Source of the DNA: Perna viridis
Lineage: Eukaryota
Assembly (NCBI GenBank): GCA_037379345.1
Contig: CM074512.1
Coordinates: 14,942,001 to 15,006,000, forward strand
Direction of reading: 5' to 3'
Length of the DNA: 64,000 nt
The translations under genes were made by a program, and so were the position numbers. Positions within the stretch are counted from its first letter, which is position 1. Each line of letters starts with the position of its first letter. This document shows positions 40,901 to 54,600 of the stretch, piece by piece. The notes beneath the pieces are model-generated. The model searched no databases and was not told the DNA's origin. It was given only the letters and a program-made list of their open reading frames with translations.

Positions 40901-42841
40901 AGTTGGGTGGAGTTAACATAGGAAGTCAGTAATGTGGAGTTAACATGCATGTAGTTAGCAGGATAAAACATAAATCTTATTCTTGTTATTTAAAGTTGAC
41001 ACACTAGTTGTTCTGTTTTTTTTTAAAATTATTATTATGTTAAAATGAAGTTTATTCATGACAGAAGCTCCATGTCATGACTTACAGAGTTTGTTTTGTT
41101 CTTCACACCTGTCTTACTATTTTTAGATGTGGAGAATTTTATTATATATTTCTTAACTGATTTTGTCACCAAAAACCATGTGCTCTTGATACACAACAAC
41201 GTCGCAATGTAAACAAAAGATGACCATTTCCATTTTCTTTTTAAAGTGTTTAGGAAGTATCTAATGGAATAAATATTGTTTGGGAATTAAATGTGTTCTT
41301 TTATAAGGCAAATCATCTTCAAAATGTTGAAAACCTCTTGTGATTGTGCAACATTCAGCTTTGCATTTATAAATAGCCACATGCTTTTGGCCAAGGTTGA
41401 GTTACCTTTGACCATAGTCAGTTTTGATTGGTTCAGTACAGGATATTTGTATCTGATAGACACAATCCTTGAAATTAATTTGTGGCCAGGTGGGGTGACT
41501 GATAAAGAATCTTAACGGCAATTGGCTTCAGACACCTGTGTGGTCATGCAGTGATCAATAGACCATAGCATGATTACAGCAATCGGTTTCAAGAGCTTAT
41601 TACCTTGTAGGATGATGTAAATGACCTCGGGACACACACATTTCCTGTCATAATTGATTTTTATTCCTCATATTAAACTTTATAGCACTGCGCTGATAGC
41701 AAGATAGCATAGTACTGAGGTCATAGTGCAGCGCTTTAAGGGCCTGAAGAGAATACATGGCCTATTATAATGCATTGAAAAGCCCTTTGAGATGCTTAGT
41801 TTCTCAGAAAAAAAGTGATTAATAAACTCTCCACCAAAATAATGTGTTTTAATCTAAGGTTCCTATTCAATACCTACATATACATGTTTAAAATAGAAAA
41901 TGGCATTTATTTATACTTACTTTGTACGTATATCTACTTATTAGCCTCTCGAGTTGTTCTATTCAACATTTAATTGTGTTCATATTCATTAATAAAACCT
42001 ACCTTTCTTTTGAGCCAGCCCAAAATATTCTGTCTCTCTTAAATTCAGTTGTGTTGTAACTTGGTTATATATGTCTTGAAATTTTGATTTTACCTAAAAC
42101 GTAAAGCAATGAATTTTAGAAAACATGCAACTTACATGTAACATGAAATGAAATTATTCTTTTTTTGAAATTCATAAAAATCACTTTTATGGTCCACAAG
42201 TACATTTTGTATTTCAGAATTTTTTGTTGTCAGCAATAAGCTGACAGTACAACTTGGCAGATGCAAGATGTTCTTGACTTTTTTAAAGCTAAAACTGAAA
42301 TGCATTGAGGTTGTTTCAACATATGTCAAGACACAATTTTTATTCAATATCAAACTTCCTTAAGTGTTGGACCCGTGAGTATTGAAAAGGGAGAATTTAA
42401 GGGAGTTCTAAAGAGAAAAAGGTGTTCTAGACTATTAATGATAATTTTTTGCATAAATCATACATGAAATGAACAAAATGTTCCACCTGTATACTATAGG
42501 AGAGGATCAAACCTACATTGTACATGTATAGAAAGAAAATTCTTAATGAAAATATTAACAGATATACTACAATGTGTTCTTTATGATTTACATACATGCA
42601 GTATGAAAAAAAAAACCCATTCTAATCGATACAGACATGTCAAATGGAACTGAAATAAAATATACAAAAAATTATTTGTGTCCTCAACAAGGTGCAGCAG
42701 GTAAGTCAGAACTAAATCAAACTGTCCATGCAGACACTGAACACTTACATCAACAGATATACTACAATGTGTTCCATCTAACAATTTTACACCAACTATT
42801 CTCCTCTTCTTTCCTGCATGTTGCAGGGCTAAAGAGGACAT
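31981..42841 (-). CDS. FRMD6: Expanded / FRMD6 (Willin)-like FERM-domain protein, upstream Hippo-pathway regulator; 12 coding exons, ~930 aa
   Basis: Exons 42841-42749, 42093-42003, 40089-40010, 38739-38660, 38387-38201, 37716-37492, 37192-37121, 36606-36435, 35948-35748, 35404-35333, 33848-32872, 32523-31981. All are GT/AG with matching phases (2793 nt). FERM motifs: VKLLDG, LRETEYFGLA, LYFRVQYYV, RHLYYLQLK, YALQAD.G.Y, YFDPREYFPAW, WLGICAKGIEIY, KKKFEIR, SKYLL.LC..TH.F. The post-FERM RYREQYIYSD and SSNTTSGI.SD motifs are of the expanded/FRMD6 type. Confidence 0.9.
38061..38141. repeat. Exact 38-bp tandem duplication of a HINE-like terminus
   Basis: aacaatacactatcactatatactcccactaggggtat at 38061-38098 and 38099-38136. 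Confidence 0.9.
38926..39021. repeat. Perfect 42-bp inverted repeat with a 12-nt loop
   Basis: 38926-38967 is the exact reverse complement of 38980-39021. Confidence 0.95.
40430..41759. mobile_element. Non-autonomous TIR DNA transposon (hAT5-like), copy 1, in a FERM-gene intron
   Basis: Ends cagtgttctcctcagg / cctgaagagaatacatg, with ggcct on both flanks (terminal G ambiguous). The body is the reverse complement of 55286-55682 plus 56990-57890. Confidence 0.75.
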
Positions 42842-42966
42842 TCTGTTTAATATAACGTCAAATAAGATCCCATTAAATGCTGATCAAGGTAAATCTGAAA
42901 AAGACAAATTTATATATTAGCATACAAATGATAAACCTTGAAACAGTTGGAGATGTTAAAATTTTG

Positions 42967-43485
42967 GGCCCCATGCAGGTCCGGGTGTCAAAAGAATAGA
43001 ACTGCAGCAGTGATAAGCTTGTCGTAAAAGGCAACTAAATAGTGTTCAGAAACATAGCCGGGGGCTAGGCGCTCTGCCCACAGAGCAACTGGGATGTGTG
43101 CCCCAGGTGGTGGAATGGGGTACCCCTGGCGCGTTACATGCTGGGGTTGTCAGGCTATTATACGGAAAATCTGACCGCAAACCATAGTGGTGCACCGTGT
43201 TGGGAAAGATGCCACGTTCCTTGCACATTAAAGAATCCTGCTGTGGTATTCGAAAGGAGCAGGAACCTTTGCGCTCTGCCACAGGAAGCTAAATTGCCTG
43301 ACTCTACCCATCCCCCTTTTTCTAGTGGCAACCAAAATTTGTCAACCCTATTGTCCTTCTGTCCCATCCCTTGTTTCATTTCATCATCATTCATGTTCAT
43401 TTTATCATCCATTTCATGTTCATCGCCTGAATATAGCTGAAATATTGCTGCTCGGGTGTTACACCCCAACAATCAATCAATCAAT
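42967..43485 (+). mobile_element. Full-length SINE-like retroposon with (CAAT)n tail and ~12-bp target-site duplication
   Basis: TSD ttaaaattttgg (42956-42967) / ttaacattttgg (43485-43496). Tail atatagctgaaatattgctg...caatcaatcaatcaat. Second copy at 15084. Confidence 0.8.
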
Positions 43486-45649
43486 TAACATTTTGGTCAT
43501 GAGTAAACCCCAACAATCATTCAATCAAAATTTTGGTCACGAGTTTAAACATCTGGATGGGAGTTTGCCAAATTGACAAATTTTCTTATTATAACTTTCT
43601 ATTGTGATGTCACAAATGTTACATTGTTTGTCAGGATGTTGCCAACTTCAAATGTATGACATAATTTTTCTTGCTTAATATATATTTTAATCTTTTATTT
43701 TTTTGTTGCAGTATAAACACAATAACAGTGCACTGACTTGACTAAAGGTATAAAAAATGGTAAAAATGCTTTGATTTTCAAAGTGCAATCTTCAGTAAGT
43801 GTGCTAAACTAAAGTTATTTACCATCAAGAGTAGGGCTCTTTTAAAATCAAGCCGGCTGATGAAAAACTGGTTTCTTCCACGGAATTATAGAAAACTTGG
43901 AAAGTATGAAATGGCAGAAAACCACTCATAGAAATTTAATCATTGCAATAATCCTTTTTCATATTTACAGAATGCAAGCCATGATAGCAAGTTTTTCTAA
44001 GGAACGTAACCAACCATTACACAAAAACCTGGTTGGTGGTGCCATTGGAAAAAGGAAGAACAGAATTTTTTTTCTTGGAAACTTATTATTTTCACTTTGG
44101 TAAGTACCTAAATGCTTTGAAATAAGTTATTCATAAGTAACCAAGCATACTCCAGCTCCAATAAATTAAATATCTGAATTTGAGGCCTGCTGCTGTCCAT
44201 TGTTCCTGTGGGACAGTAAACGAGTCTGTTCAGCTACTTACCTTTGCTTAAAATTAAAAAAAAAAAAAATGAAGCCAAAGTGGGGAATATTACTTTCTTG
44301 CTGAGGCTGAGAGTGGGTGAACAGTGCTTTTATTACGAGTCTGTACCACTACTTGGTACTTTTACCCATCTAAGATGTACTTGCTTATGACTTAACAACA
44401 GCCATGCCTTACAAAAAAGCCAAACTTTTCATAGAAAACATTTTTGTTAAATTTGTAGATTTATAATCTTATGATTACAAATGCAAATAGACATATACAA
44501 TTATCATGTACATGAAGGTTTCAATACTATGTATCCATCTAACTGAAAATATCAAGATACACTTATATTTGGGATTGACAATGTCAAATACAAAAAATAT
44601 TATATTAAAAATTGATAAATGAAGCAGTTTTCCCTCCAACTGTGCAACTTCGCTGACAAGAAAGAACTTAAGGAAAAATGAGGCAACAAGGGATGCAGAA
44701 CTAGAAAGAGATGCTCATATAACACTAAATAAACAAGATGTAAAAAGGACTGCATGAGATCAAGCATTATGTCGCAGAAAAGATGGAGTGAGAGTGATAT
44801 CATAATTTCTACCCAGAAGTGAAAAACAAACTTGAAAGCCTTAAATGATTTTCAAAAAAAAAAAAAAAAAAAAAATATCATCTTTAACTAATAATTGAAG
44901 ATCTGGATATGCTGAACTAAACGATTATTGTCATGAACTCCAAAACTCTAAAAATATAGACTCAGGTCACCACAGATGGATATGCACAATATATGAATAG
45001 AATGCTTCTTATGAAATAAAATAAAAACCAAGACGAAATTATCTAAATTAACTTGATTGTTGTGCATTTGTATCAAAAGATGATATAAGTAATTATATAA
45101 AACATATAAACATATTTGTTTTTTTAATGAATATAAGAATGTATGAACATAAATAAATTGTCACATTAGCTCACTCTATCAAAAGACAGAAGACGTCACT
45201 TGTGACCCGTGTCATATTTGGGAGAAACTTGGGGGAAGGAAATATTACAGGGGCTTCCACATGTTCCAGGTTATGATGGCAACAAAGTCAAAGAAAGTCA
45301 GAATACATGCACACTACAGCTCACACTGAAGACAGATTTGATTTTTGAAAGTGCCACCTATAAACAAAATGTACCTTAGAGTGAGAAATAATACCCAGAC
45401 AGAATCATAAGAAAATTACATTTAATGAGGATCAAGATTCTTTAAACATTAAAAAAGATAAAATTCAATAGGTGCAACAGCTAGTACGTAGAAGGGGGTT
45501 ATTAGTATTACATTGAAAACACAAAATAGTAAAAACAACGAGGCAATGAAAGTTTTGAGAAAATATAACCTTACTATAGTATCATCATTTAAAATGGCAC
45601 AACATGTTCCAATATTTAAAGCAATAAATACTATGAATACTAAGCAAAT

Positions 45650-45910
45650 TACTCAAGCGGTAATCAAAATACGGCGCTCCAGGCTACCAGTGTTAGCCGC
45701 ATCAAATAAACGCCGCATTTGAGCTAATTTCTGGGCCGTTATGTTCAATACCTTATGTAAAATTAAAATATCTGGATTGTACAACGACATCACGTCATAA
45801 AATTGCCATGAAACACTGTAGTTGGTAAAAATTTGACATAAATTCCGCACATTCCAATGTTCTTTGTGGATTTACTCCATTAATAGGACACCTGTGCCTC
45901 GATGTGGACA
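45650..45910. promoter_or_regulatory. CpG-retaining patch between the divergent FERM and THADA genes, with a tandem TEAD-type motif (45841-45855) and a CRE/E-box-like cacgtca (45791-45797)
   Basis: Local CpG enrichment in otherwise CpG-poor DNA. The minus strand reads GGAATG-TGC-GGAATT. Function is inferred. Confidence 0.45.
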
Positions 45911-47389
45911 ATCAGAATTAATCTCTAAATATTTAATGATATAAATTATGATTTGCTTATCAAAATTAAAAAAAGTGCTAAAAATACATTGGAAATTTGG
46001 TTAAATAAAATTTTCCAATATTTTTGTTTAACAATTATTTTAGAGATTGCAATTGTTTGCTTTACGTCTGATAACCAAAAAAGCAGAAGTATAATAAACA
46101 GCCAAGAACCAATGTTTGCCTATGAAAAGTTACTTTAAATATTCCTTTACTGGAATTTTCTTTTTACCCTTTTGCTGCAGTATGCGTATGTATATGTTGA
46201 AGGCCCATAAAACTGTCATGGCAGTATAATCAATGCATTTTTGGTAGACAATATTAAATATAAGTTCTACATATTCATTTATTAGTATTACTGTGCAGGG
46301 TTGCCAGCACATTGTCGCACATAATGTTACAAAGGTTATTTAAACACACATCACAGGCACTTGTTTAGATCTATCATTGACCGGTTACTATCATATATAT
46401 GTTGTAAATTGAATTATGCACATATGGGTCTTATATTCAGTAACCAGCCTTTGATAGATATAAGTGCTTATTATGATACACTTGGTGGTTGTATGAGTTT
46501 TACATCAGTTATTGTATTATTTTATAAATCTGCTTATCACTTACCATGTTTTTTTGGTTCGAGGCTTCAAGTCTTTTGTAGTTTTTCTGCAAAGGTTGAT
46601 GTATATTAGTGCATATGATTGTTTTTTTATTCACACTACACAGACCTCCTGGAATGTGTGTCAAATACTGCTGACTTGTGAATTGGATCACCTCAGGCTA
46701 ATGAAGTTGCGATAGATACTCACAAAGACTTTATTGGACATGACTGTATTAGTAAAATTGTAATGTCTAATGAATTTTATGTCTAATGAAGTTGAAATTG
46801 GTATGAATTTGCAGTCAATATGTCTGTATGTACAATATCTCAGTGATAAGTTTTCTTTTAATTTGTTTATGAAGATTTTTTTCCTAAATTTTTTGTGTTT
46901 CTGAATTAATAGTTTTTAGAGATTGAGATGAGCATAAAGGAAATTCAAATACAGTTCAATAACTTCACTAAAAAGCTTGATGAAAGTCGATTTATAGTTC
47001 TTTAACTGTGTGCTTTTTAGCTGCTTAGTCTTACTTTATGTTGCTTCAGCTTGCTTATTGACTATAGCTTATTGTGTATTGTGTGTCTTATTTAATTTAT
47101 GTATGTCCGCATGCTTATATGTTTTAATATTTGTTTGTCTTATGTTATGTATGTTAATTTTATATATAAATAATTATGAAAGTTCTTGAGAGCTTATGTT
47201 TATTGTTACTATGAAACACGACTATAAATTAAAATTATTTACTTACTTAAAAATGAACTTTGACTTATAAACAAGAACAAATTAAATATATTATATCAAA
47301 ATCCTTCTCATTTAGATCCTCATGGAAAAAAAAAACTTCACTGGTCAGAATGGTTCTACAATTTTATGACACCATTACCCAAGTAACTT

Positions 47390-47500
47390 TGTAGACAAAC
47401 AGAGGGGTATAGTTCAGGACATAAAATTTGCAGACGAACAGAGGGGCATAGTTCAGGACATAAGATTTGCAGACGAACAGAGGGGTGAAAGTTCAGGATA
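47390..47500. repeat. Three tandem ~39-bp units (gcagacgaacagagggg..tagttcaggacataa.attt)
   Basis: Directly visible. Confidence 0.85.
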
Positions 47501-48629
47501 TTAGACATGCATTTTTGGGGTCAAAAAGTTGCAGAAAGGGATGAAGTAAATTGTGGTAAAAACACTTGGGTGGAATAAACATAAGTGTTTTACCTGTTTA
47601 ATTTTAAAATTTTGTCTGATATGGACATAAAGTAACCCTATGCATTATGGATGTTTTTTTTTGCAATTGATTTTACATGCCAATCGAATACACATGCAAA
47701 GACTATACTGGTAAGGGAGTAGTTCTCGTCAGCAAGTTAATCTCACCAACCAATTTTTTGTCCTCTCCTATAAAACAAGTTCATACCCAAATTTTAGGAG
47801 AATGATAAATTTTCCTGCTGAAAACACTTGCAGATTTACTTAGATTGACTATGGACCTAATCATATAAGTTGTATGAACCTTGCGCAGTTGGAGGTTGTA
47901 TCCATTCACCCATAAAAATGCAATGGAAACTCTTTTACTGGTAATAAAAAAAATTATGTGTGGTTATATACTAGATAATATAATGTTGATTCTACCCTAA
48001 AAGAATCATTTTTTTTTTTCCATGTCAAATATATTTGAATATCAGGAAGAATCCACTATAGTTATACACGCATATTATTAACAATTACCATATTAATTGA
48101 ATAATGTATATTTATGTTCATTATATGTTTAACAATTGTCTGTATTGGACCTCAACCATTTATTGTTGATGAGTTTGTGTCGATAAAGTATTTAGTATTA
48201 ATAACACATTACAATTCAGTTACTCATTATGTGACCTAGTTTTGCAATTTCTGTACATCATCATTTTTTAAGTGAACTTTTTAACCATGGTGTAAAGGGA
48301 AAGATTTTTCCTTCAAACAAGATTCAGTGTCAGATTATTGTTTTGTTGATGTCAACAAACCGAAGGATAGAATCTGTATAAAATTTTGTGTCTTACTGTT
48401 ATTAAGTCATTATGATATTTGCAGATGATTTGAAAATCTAAATCTTTCTGTTAAAGATATTCAGCATCAAGTTTATAATATGGATCTTTCATCAGTTGTT
48501 TTACACAATACAATCCTTTAAGTATTTTGGAATATCTGTGTTGGTGACCAATTAATTCTACCTTCTGATCGTATAATTTAATTTTTTTTAACAGGTACTG
48601 CTATATATTTCTTCTGATATCCTATTGTG

Positions 48630-51600
48630 ATGGAGTTTCTAAATAGGGAAAGGAAGCTTTTACATGATATCAACATTAGCAGTACTAGTGATAAAGCTGT
48701 TCTTTGGGATGTTTTTAACTTCAGGTTTGTTTTATTAATTTATTTTTTCTTCCCTGTGTATCAATTTTTGGATTCATTGTAAAAATCCTTTGTGAATTAG
48801 TTCAGGGTACAATACACATAAAACATTGTACATATTATGAAAATAGGCATGGTCAAAGAGACAACAACCCCAATGGGATGAAAATGTCAGCCCAAGGCCA
48901 CCCATTGGTCTTCAGTGAAAGATGAGGAACCTCTCACATCACAGGGCAGGCTACAGCTGGCCCCAAAACATCATTATAGACAGGTACAGCCAAATAGTTG
49001 CCCCTATATACTCAAGTAACATAAAAATGAAATAAAGGTGAAAACATTGTATATGTTTATACAGATGAGCTACCACAGGTGTCAAGTCATGTACAGGTCT
49101 TCGGGACAATTTTCCAATATAAACTAAACTGTTCAATAAACTATTTATTTCTCTGTAATAATATATACACAAATATTTTTGAACAAAAGCTGCAATAAAT
49201 ACATTTTGAATGTTGTAAAAGAACTCTTATGTTTTTTTATTAATTCAAATAATTTTTTTTTAATCTTGAATGTGTTGTTTTAATATTTTATTATGAGTAG
49301 GATCAACAGAATAGAATTTTTTTTTTGTTACGGGGTTATAACTCACAAACTGAGATGAATGGTTTATTGTGTGATTTTGTGCAACTGTTCATATAAAATT
49401 GATCATCCAAAATAATCTAAAAGGCACAATTTAACCTAATTATTCCCCCACAAACAATGTTTTGGAGGATATTGTTACAGAATCTTGTTGTTACAATATA
49501 TATTCCGGGTCCAATATTTGTTAAAATGGAGTAAGTTCAATGGATAAAAACAGATATGTTTATTGGGCTGCATCCATAAATCATCACCATTATCATCACA
49601 TATATGTGCAGTTATGGGTAAATAGTTAATTTGAAAATAAATCATTGATAAAACAGCACATACAGACAAAACATGTCCACAGCATACAATAGTCGTTTAC
49701 ATTAACATAGAAAACAAACAATGTCACCAGCAAAATACAGGAAATAAAGTAGAATAAAATGTAGCACAGACATAAATACAAATCGTGACAGATATCTGCG
49801 AATCACCTTGTCTCTCTGTCCATCAGTCTGTCTATTGTTTGTCCACATGTATTGTAAACTAAACTCCTTCTTAACCACTCAACAAACTTCATAGGAATGT
49901 TATGCATTATATGAATGTATACGAATGAAGATAAAGTATCATTCTATGGCTTGGAAATAATTCAAACTTATTTTGATATAATTTTATAGAGGGTTAAGCA
50001 ATAAATGTAGATGCTCAAGAAGAAACAAGACTATTGTACAATGCCTACAAAAGGGGCTAGTTCAACTTGCGGATTTAGTAGGATTTAAGGTGATTCAAAG
50101 CTGGGAGTATTCTCTTTATGAACTTGCTAACAGTATTTCTACTTTAGATCAGTTTGTTTCTGTGTTTATCTATTGTTTCCAGGAATATGTCTCAAAATTC
50201 AGTCCAATTAGTTATGTAATATGTAATACTATTTTAAGGTCACCAAACAAAACTAGTTTTTACAAGTTTTCTCTCATTTGTCAGCAAAATTTCCATTATA
50301 ACCCTGAATGTTGGTGGTGCTTTAATGTGAGGAATCATCGATGTGGTCAAGAATGGAATACAAAAATACAAATGTACCAATGAATATATATTGCAATTTC
50401 TCAATTAGAACTGACTTGTATCTTTATGTAATGTTTTTTATAACTTAGTACATGTACTTTGAACTGTCCCTTATGAAAAGTTATTTTATTTCCAGACACC
50501 ACCATGCAGTAGACTTGATTAAACGGGTAGAAAAGTTACAAAGTTTCATCACCACTGAGGACCATTCTGATGAGTGGATTTGTAATTTTATTAAGGCTGT
50601 GATTTGTTGCTATTTAGAATGTACAGAATCAATTAAGTTATCAAGAGCTGTCTTTAAGGTGCATGTACTGCTTTGTTTACAGTATCTTTAACACAGAGTT
50701 TACCTCTAAATCACAGCTTGTTCCTACTAGGAAATTAATTTAACATTGCTTTTTGTACCCGCTTGTCCCCTGCTTCAACGAGGAAATTCTGGTGTCTGTC
50801 TGTGCATCTGTCTGTCTGTTAACTCCTTGGAAACTGCTCAATGGATTTTGTTCAGATTATGTATAATTGTTAGTAACCATATGTTGATGGTCATTTTGTG
50901 TTGCTGTTTTGATTTAACAAAGAACTAGGTACAATAAGGGCCATATTTGGCCCCTTATTTTACGAAAAAAGTTTGAAGTACCCAGTGTTGTATGATATTT
51001 TGACCCCCTAGAAATATTGAAATTTTGGGTCAAATTAGTGGAGGCACTAAAAAATTGCTAAAATGTTTCAAACAGTGCCCAACTTAGAAAATTTGCAGAT
51101 TTGCCAAATTTTCGACATCATACTTTCAAACATTACGAGATGATATGCTCATTATTGTGGTTGAATATGCATTTCATTTTACATTTATAAAAAAAACTGA
51201 AAGTCTTCTCCATATTAAATTTTTAATATCAAGTCATGCAGGGGGCAAAATATGGACATTATCCATTTCATCCTTTTACAGACTTAGTTGAGTTTGTTTA
51301 TGCTACACTATAGTAACACTTTGTGGATGCAATTCCTCAGAAACCATTTTATGGATTTTGTTCAAATTTTGTTGGATTGTTACTCACCATATAACTATGT
51401 AATTGATCGTATGGCACCACCATTTTGCATCACATTTTGTAGGCATTATGGGACTTTGTTAACTTTGTACATGCTACACTCTAGGAACATTTTGTAGACA
51501 CAACTCCTTTGAAACTGCTCAACGAATTTTGTTCAAATTTTGTAGGATTGTTAGTCACCATATGTAGTTGATCATATTATACCACTATTTTGATTTGACA

Positions 51601-54600
51601 AATTTTACAGCAGTTATGGGACTGTTGAATTTGCTATACTATAGGAGGACTATGTAGACTCAACTCCTTTTAGATTGCTGTTTGGATTTTATTCAAATTT
51701 TAAGGGATTGTTAGTCACACTATGTAGTTGATCATACTGTACCGTGATTTTACAAGGAGTTATGGGACTTTAGCCCTTCAACTATATTTGTTAAGGAGAG
51801 GAACATATGGCCATGTGTACATACTGTGAAGATACTTACATTCATGGATGTTTATTTTTGTGTTTTGTCAAAATTTAGTTTGTAGAATAAACCTTAAAAC
51901 CATGACAATGTGTAACATAGGAAAAATTGTTCCTGCAAGCGGAGAACAAGATTAGTAGAATAACTAATTTAATTGCAGCTTTTACAACCATGGAGGCTGT
52001 CCCATGAACAGATTATTGAAGAAGAATTTGAACTTTTCTTGAGAGATGTGATAGGTTCTGATGGTAACAATAAACAACAACTAATAGCAGGTATCATGTC
52101 TGATTTTTAAGTTAAGAGTTATATGATGTTTCTGGTACATGTAATTAATCAGGCCTTAAAATTTCCTTACAATCATGTGTTTTTTAACATAAGGATCAAA
52201 CAGCATTTTTTTGTAATTTATGAAATGACAATAGCAGGGGTAAAAAAATAGGATCTAATTATTTAGAATAACAATGAAATTGACATAGTTTTAAAGAGAC
52301 AACAACAGTATTAAAACAGCCAAAGGCAGTCTATGGCCACAAAATCTATTACAATTTTGAGAAGTTATTGATTAAAATTGTGATAAATATTGATATTTTC
52401 ACCAGTACTGTGTCTCCTAATGAAATAGGTTCAGACTTTCTCTAATGATTCAGGGTTTCAGGAGTATCAAGCTGTGCTTCATGAAGCATTTTATTCACAC
52501 TTGACAAAATGCTGAGCATACTAAGTTTTGTGAAACTGTTGAACATTACATTTATATTGGTGGAAGGAATAGATAATAATTTTCATTAGAAAGTTTGAAT
52601 GGACAGTTTAATTTAACTGCTGCTGTTTTAAAGTAAAAATGCTCAACATAAGTAAAACATTCCAATAATAATTCATTACATTTGTCACATTTTTGACAGC
52701 ATCAAATTTCTTGGAGAATAATGAAGTTGGAAAAGGTTTATTTGAAAAACGTACAGTTGGTGTGTTAGAATGGTTAAACAATAAATTTGATGGACTTTTA
52801 ACAGTAGGATATGTAACTGACCATGATAAAGGATTACTCTACACTTATACCAGGGTACGTAACCTAATACGTAACTAGGATATAAGGAAAAAAGAAATAA
52901 TAATGTAATTCTTTTAAGTCTTACAAAGACACCAGTCTCTCATTTAATATGTTATAAAGTTCGCATCTCATAAGCCTAAGTCTTTTCAAACCTCTTTACT
53001 AATTTTGATGAAACTTTATAGGAATGTCGGGTATTTTGTATAGATAGAATGAAAGAATATTTTAGTTGGATCACATCTCCTTAGTGTATCCCTCCTAAAC
53101 CAGATTGATTTTAATGAAACTAGAAAAGAAAATGCTATGCATCATATGCATAGTAAATGCACTGATAGGAATATAACTTTTGTCAGATCACTGCAAGGGG
53201 ATGGGGAGATAATTGAATCTAAAGGTCTTACATGCTCATAACATTTAAGTGCAACTCCTTCTTAAAAGCGTGATTAATTTTGGAATGTCAAGCATCTGTC
53301 TTATGATTAAGAACAGCATTAATATACTTCATTATTAATGTATTAATTGATAATCTTAATCTTTGTATTACAGATAGTATTGCAGCTGTACCAGTTTTGT
53401 CCTTTGAAATTTGCTGTCCCAGTATTTAATGAAATTGAAAGAGATACTGTTATTCCTTGTAGGAAACTTCTTCAGCATCTGTTACTAATATTGTCAAAAG
53501 AAGTAAGATTACAGACAGGTTTTTGTTAGATTTTTTTTATATTATTGTATAGAACAATTATGCATATAATGTAGTCAATGAGTAATCAAGGGAACCAAGA
53601 TTCTAGCAGAAATCAAAATAATGTAATCCAGAGATAAAGACCAGACATGGAAAACAGTATCAACAATTTATCTGTAGACATTTGGTTTCTAGACAATGAC
53701 TTTAGTAAAATTGTATGAATCTTTATGATATTGTACCATGGTTCCATACCACGAAAGGATGGTTGGGATTGCTGTTGATGGTTATGTCCACAACCTTTCA
53801 GGAATTAAGGGACAAAAAGATGCAAAATAAACCCAAGTATCTTCTGATCAACCAATCAGTTACTTTAGTATAATTGTATTGATCACTATGAAACTGTTCC
53901 TTAAAAGAAAAGTTGTAATTTATTTTAGTGGTTGTAACTGTTTAGGAATTAATGACAAGAAGAAGAAAACTAGCTTTTCTACTACTTGAACAAATGGCTT
54001 ATTTCTTGACCAATTTCAACAAGATTAGATTGAAAGTCTGGAATAATTTTGGGGCCATTGATATGTTGAATCATATAATGTATTGAGAATTTTTGTTTTG
54101 GGCCCTGTTTTCTAGTGCATTCTATATGGGGTCCAAAATTTTGTGTGATTTATATTATGAAAATATTTAATACTTAAGTTTTTGGACCTCTTTTTGTATT
54201 GGTCCACAAAGAGGTCCAAAAAGGAAATTTATGCTTTTTTATTTCAATCAGATTGAATTATAGTGGATCCTTAATGTGCTCAATATAACACTATTTAGAT
54301 TTATTTTCTTGACCCAGTTTTTATATGACTGCAAAAAATTGAAGTGTAATAATGGAATCACGCTGTCATTCTTGACTGTGCCATCTTCATCTTTGTCATC
54401 ATTTGTAGAAGTTTGTTGGCCAGACAATAACTTGAGTATAGGTGTATAGACCTTTACGAAGTTATACATGGCAGCATCCCACAAAATAATATCTGGGAAT
54501 TAATTTTTGGGTTGTAACTTTAACCATTTAGGAATTAAAGATGAAATGATGACCAGAAACAAGTATTTTATTGATGCCTGGACAATAACTTCACTAGAAA

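Noticed and set aside
43857-43900. CTGATGA...GAAA hammerhead-like core
   Set aside because: GAAA does not follow stem II directly, and stems I and III cannot be formed.
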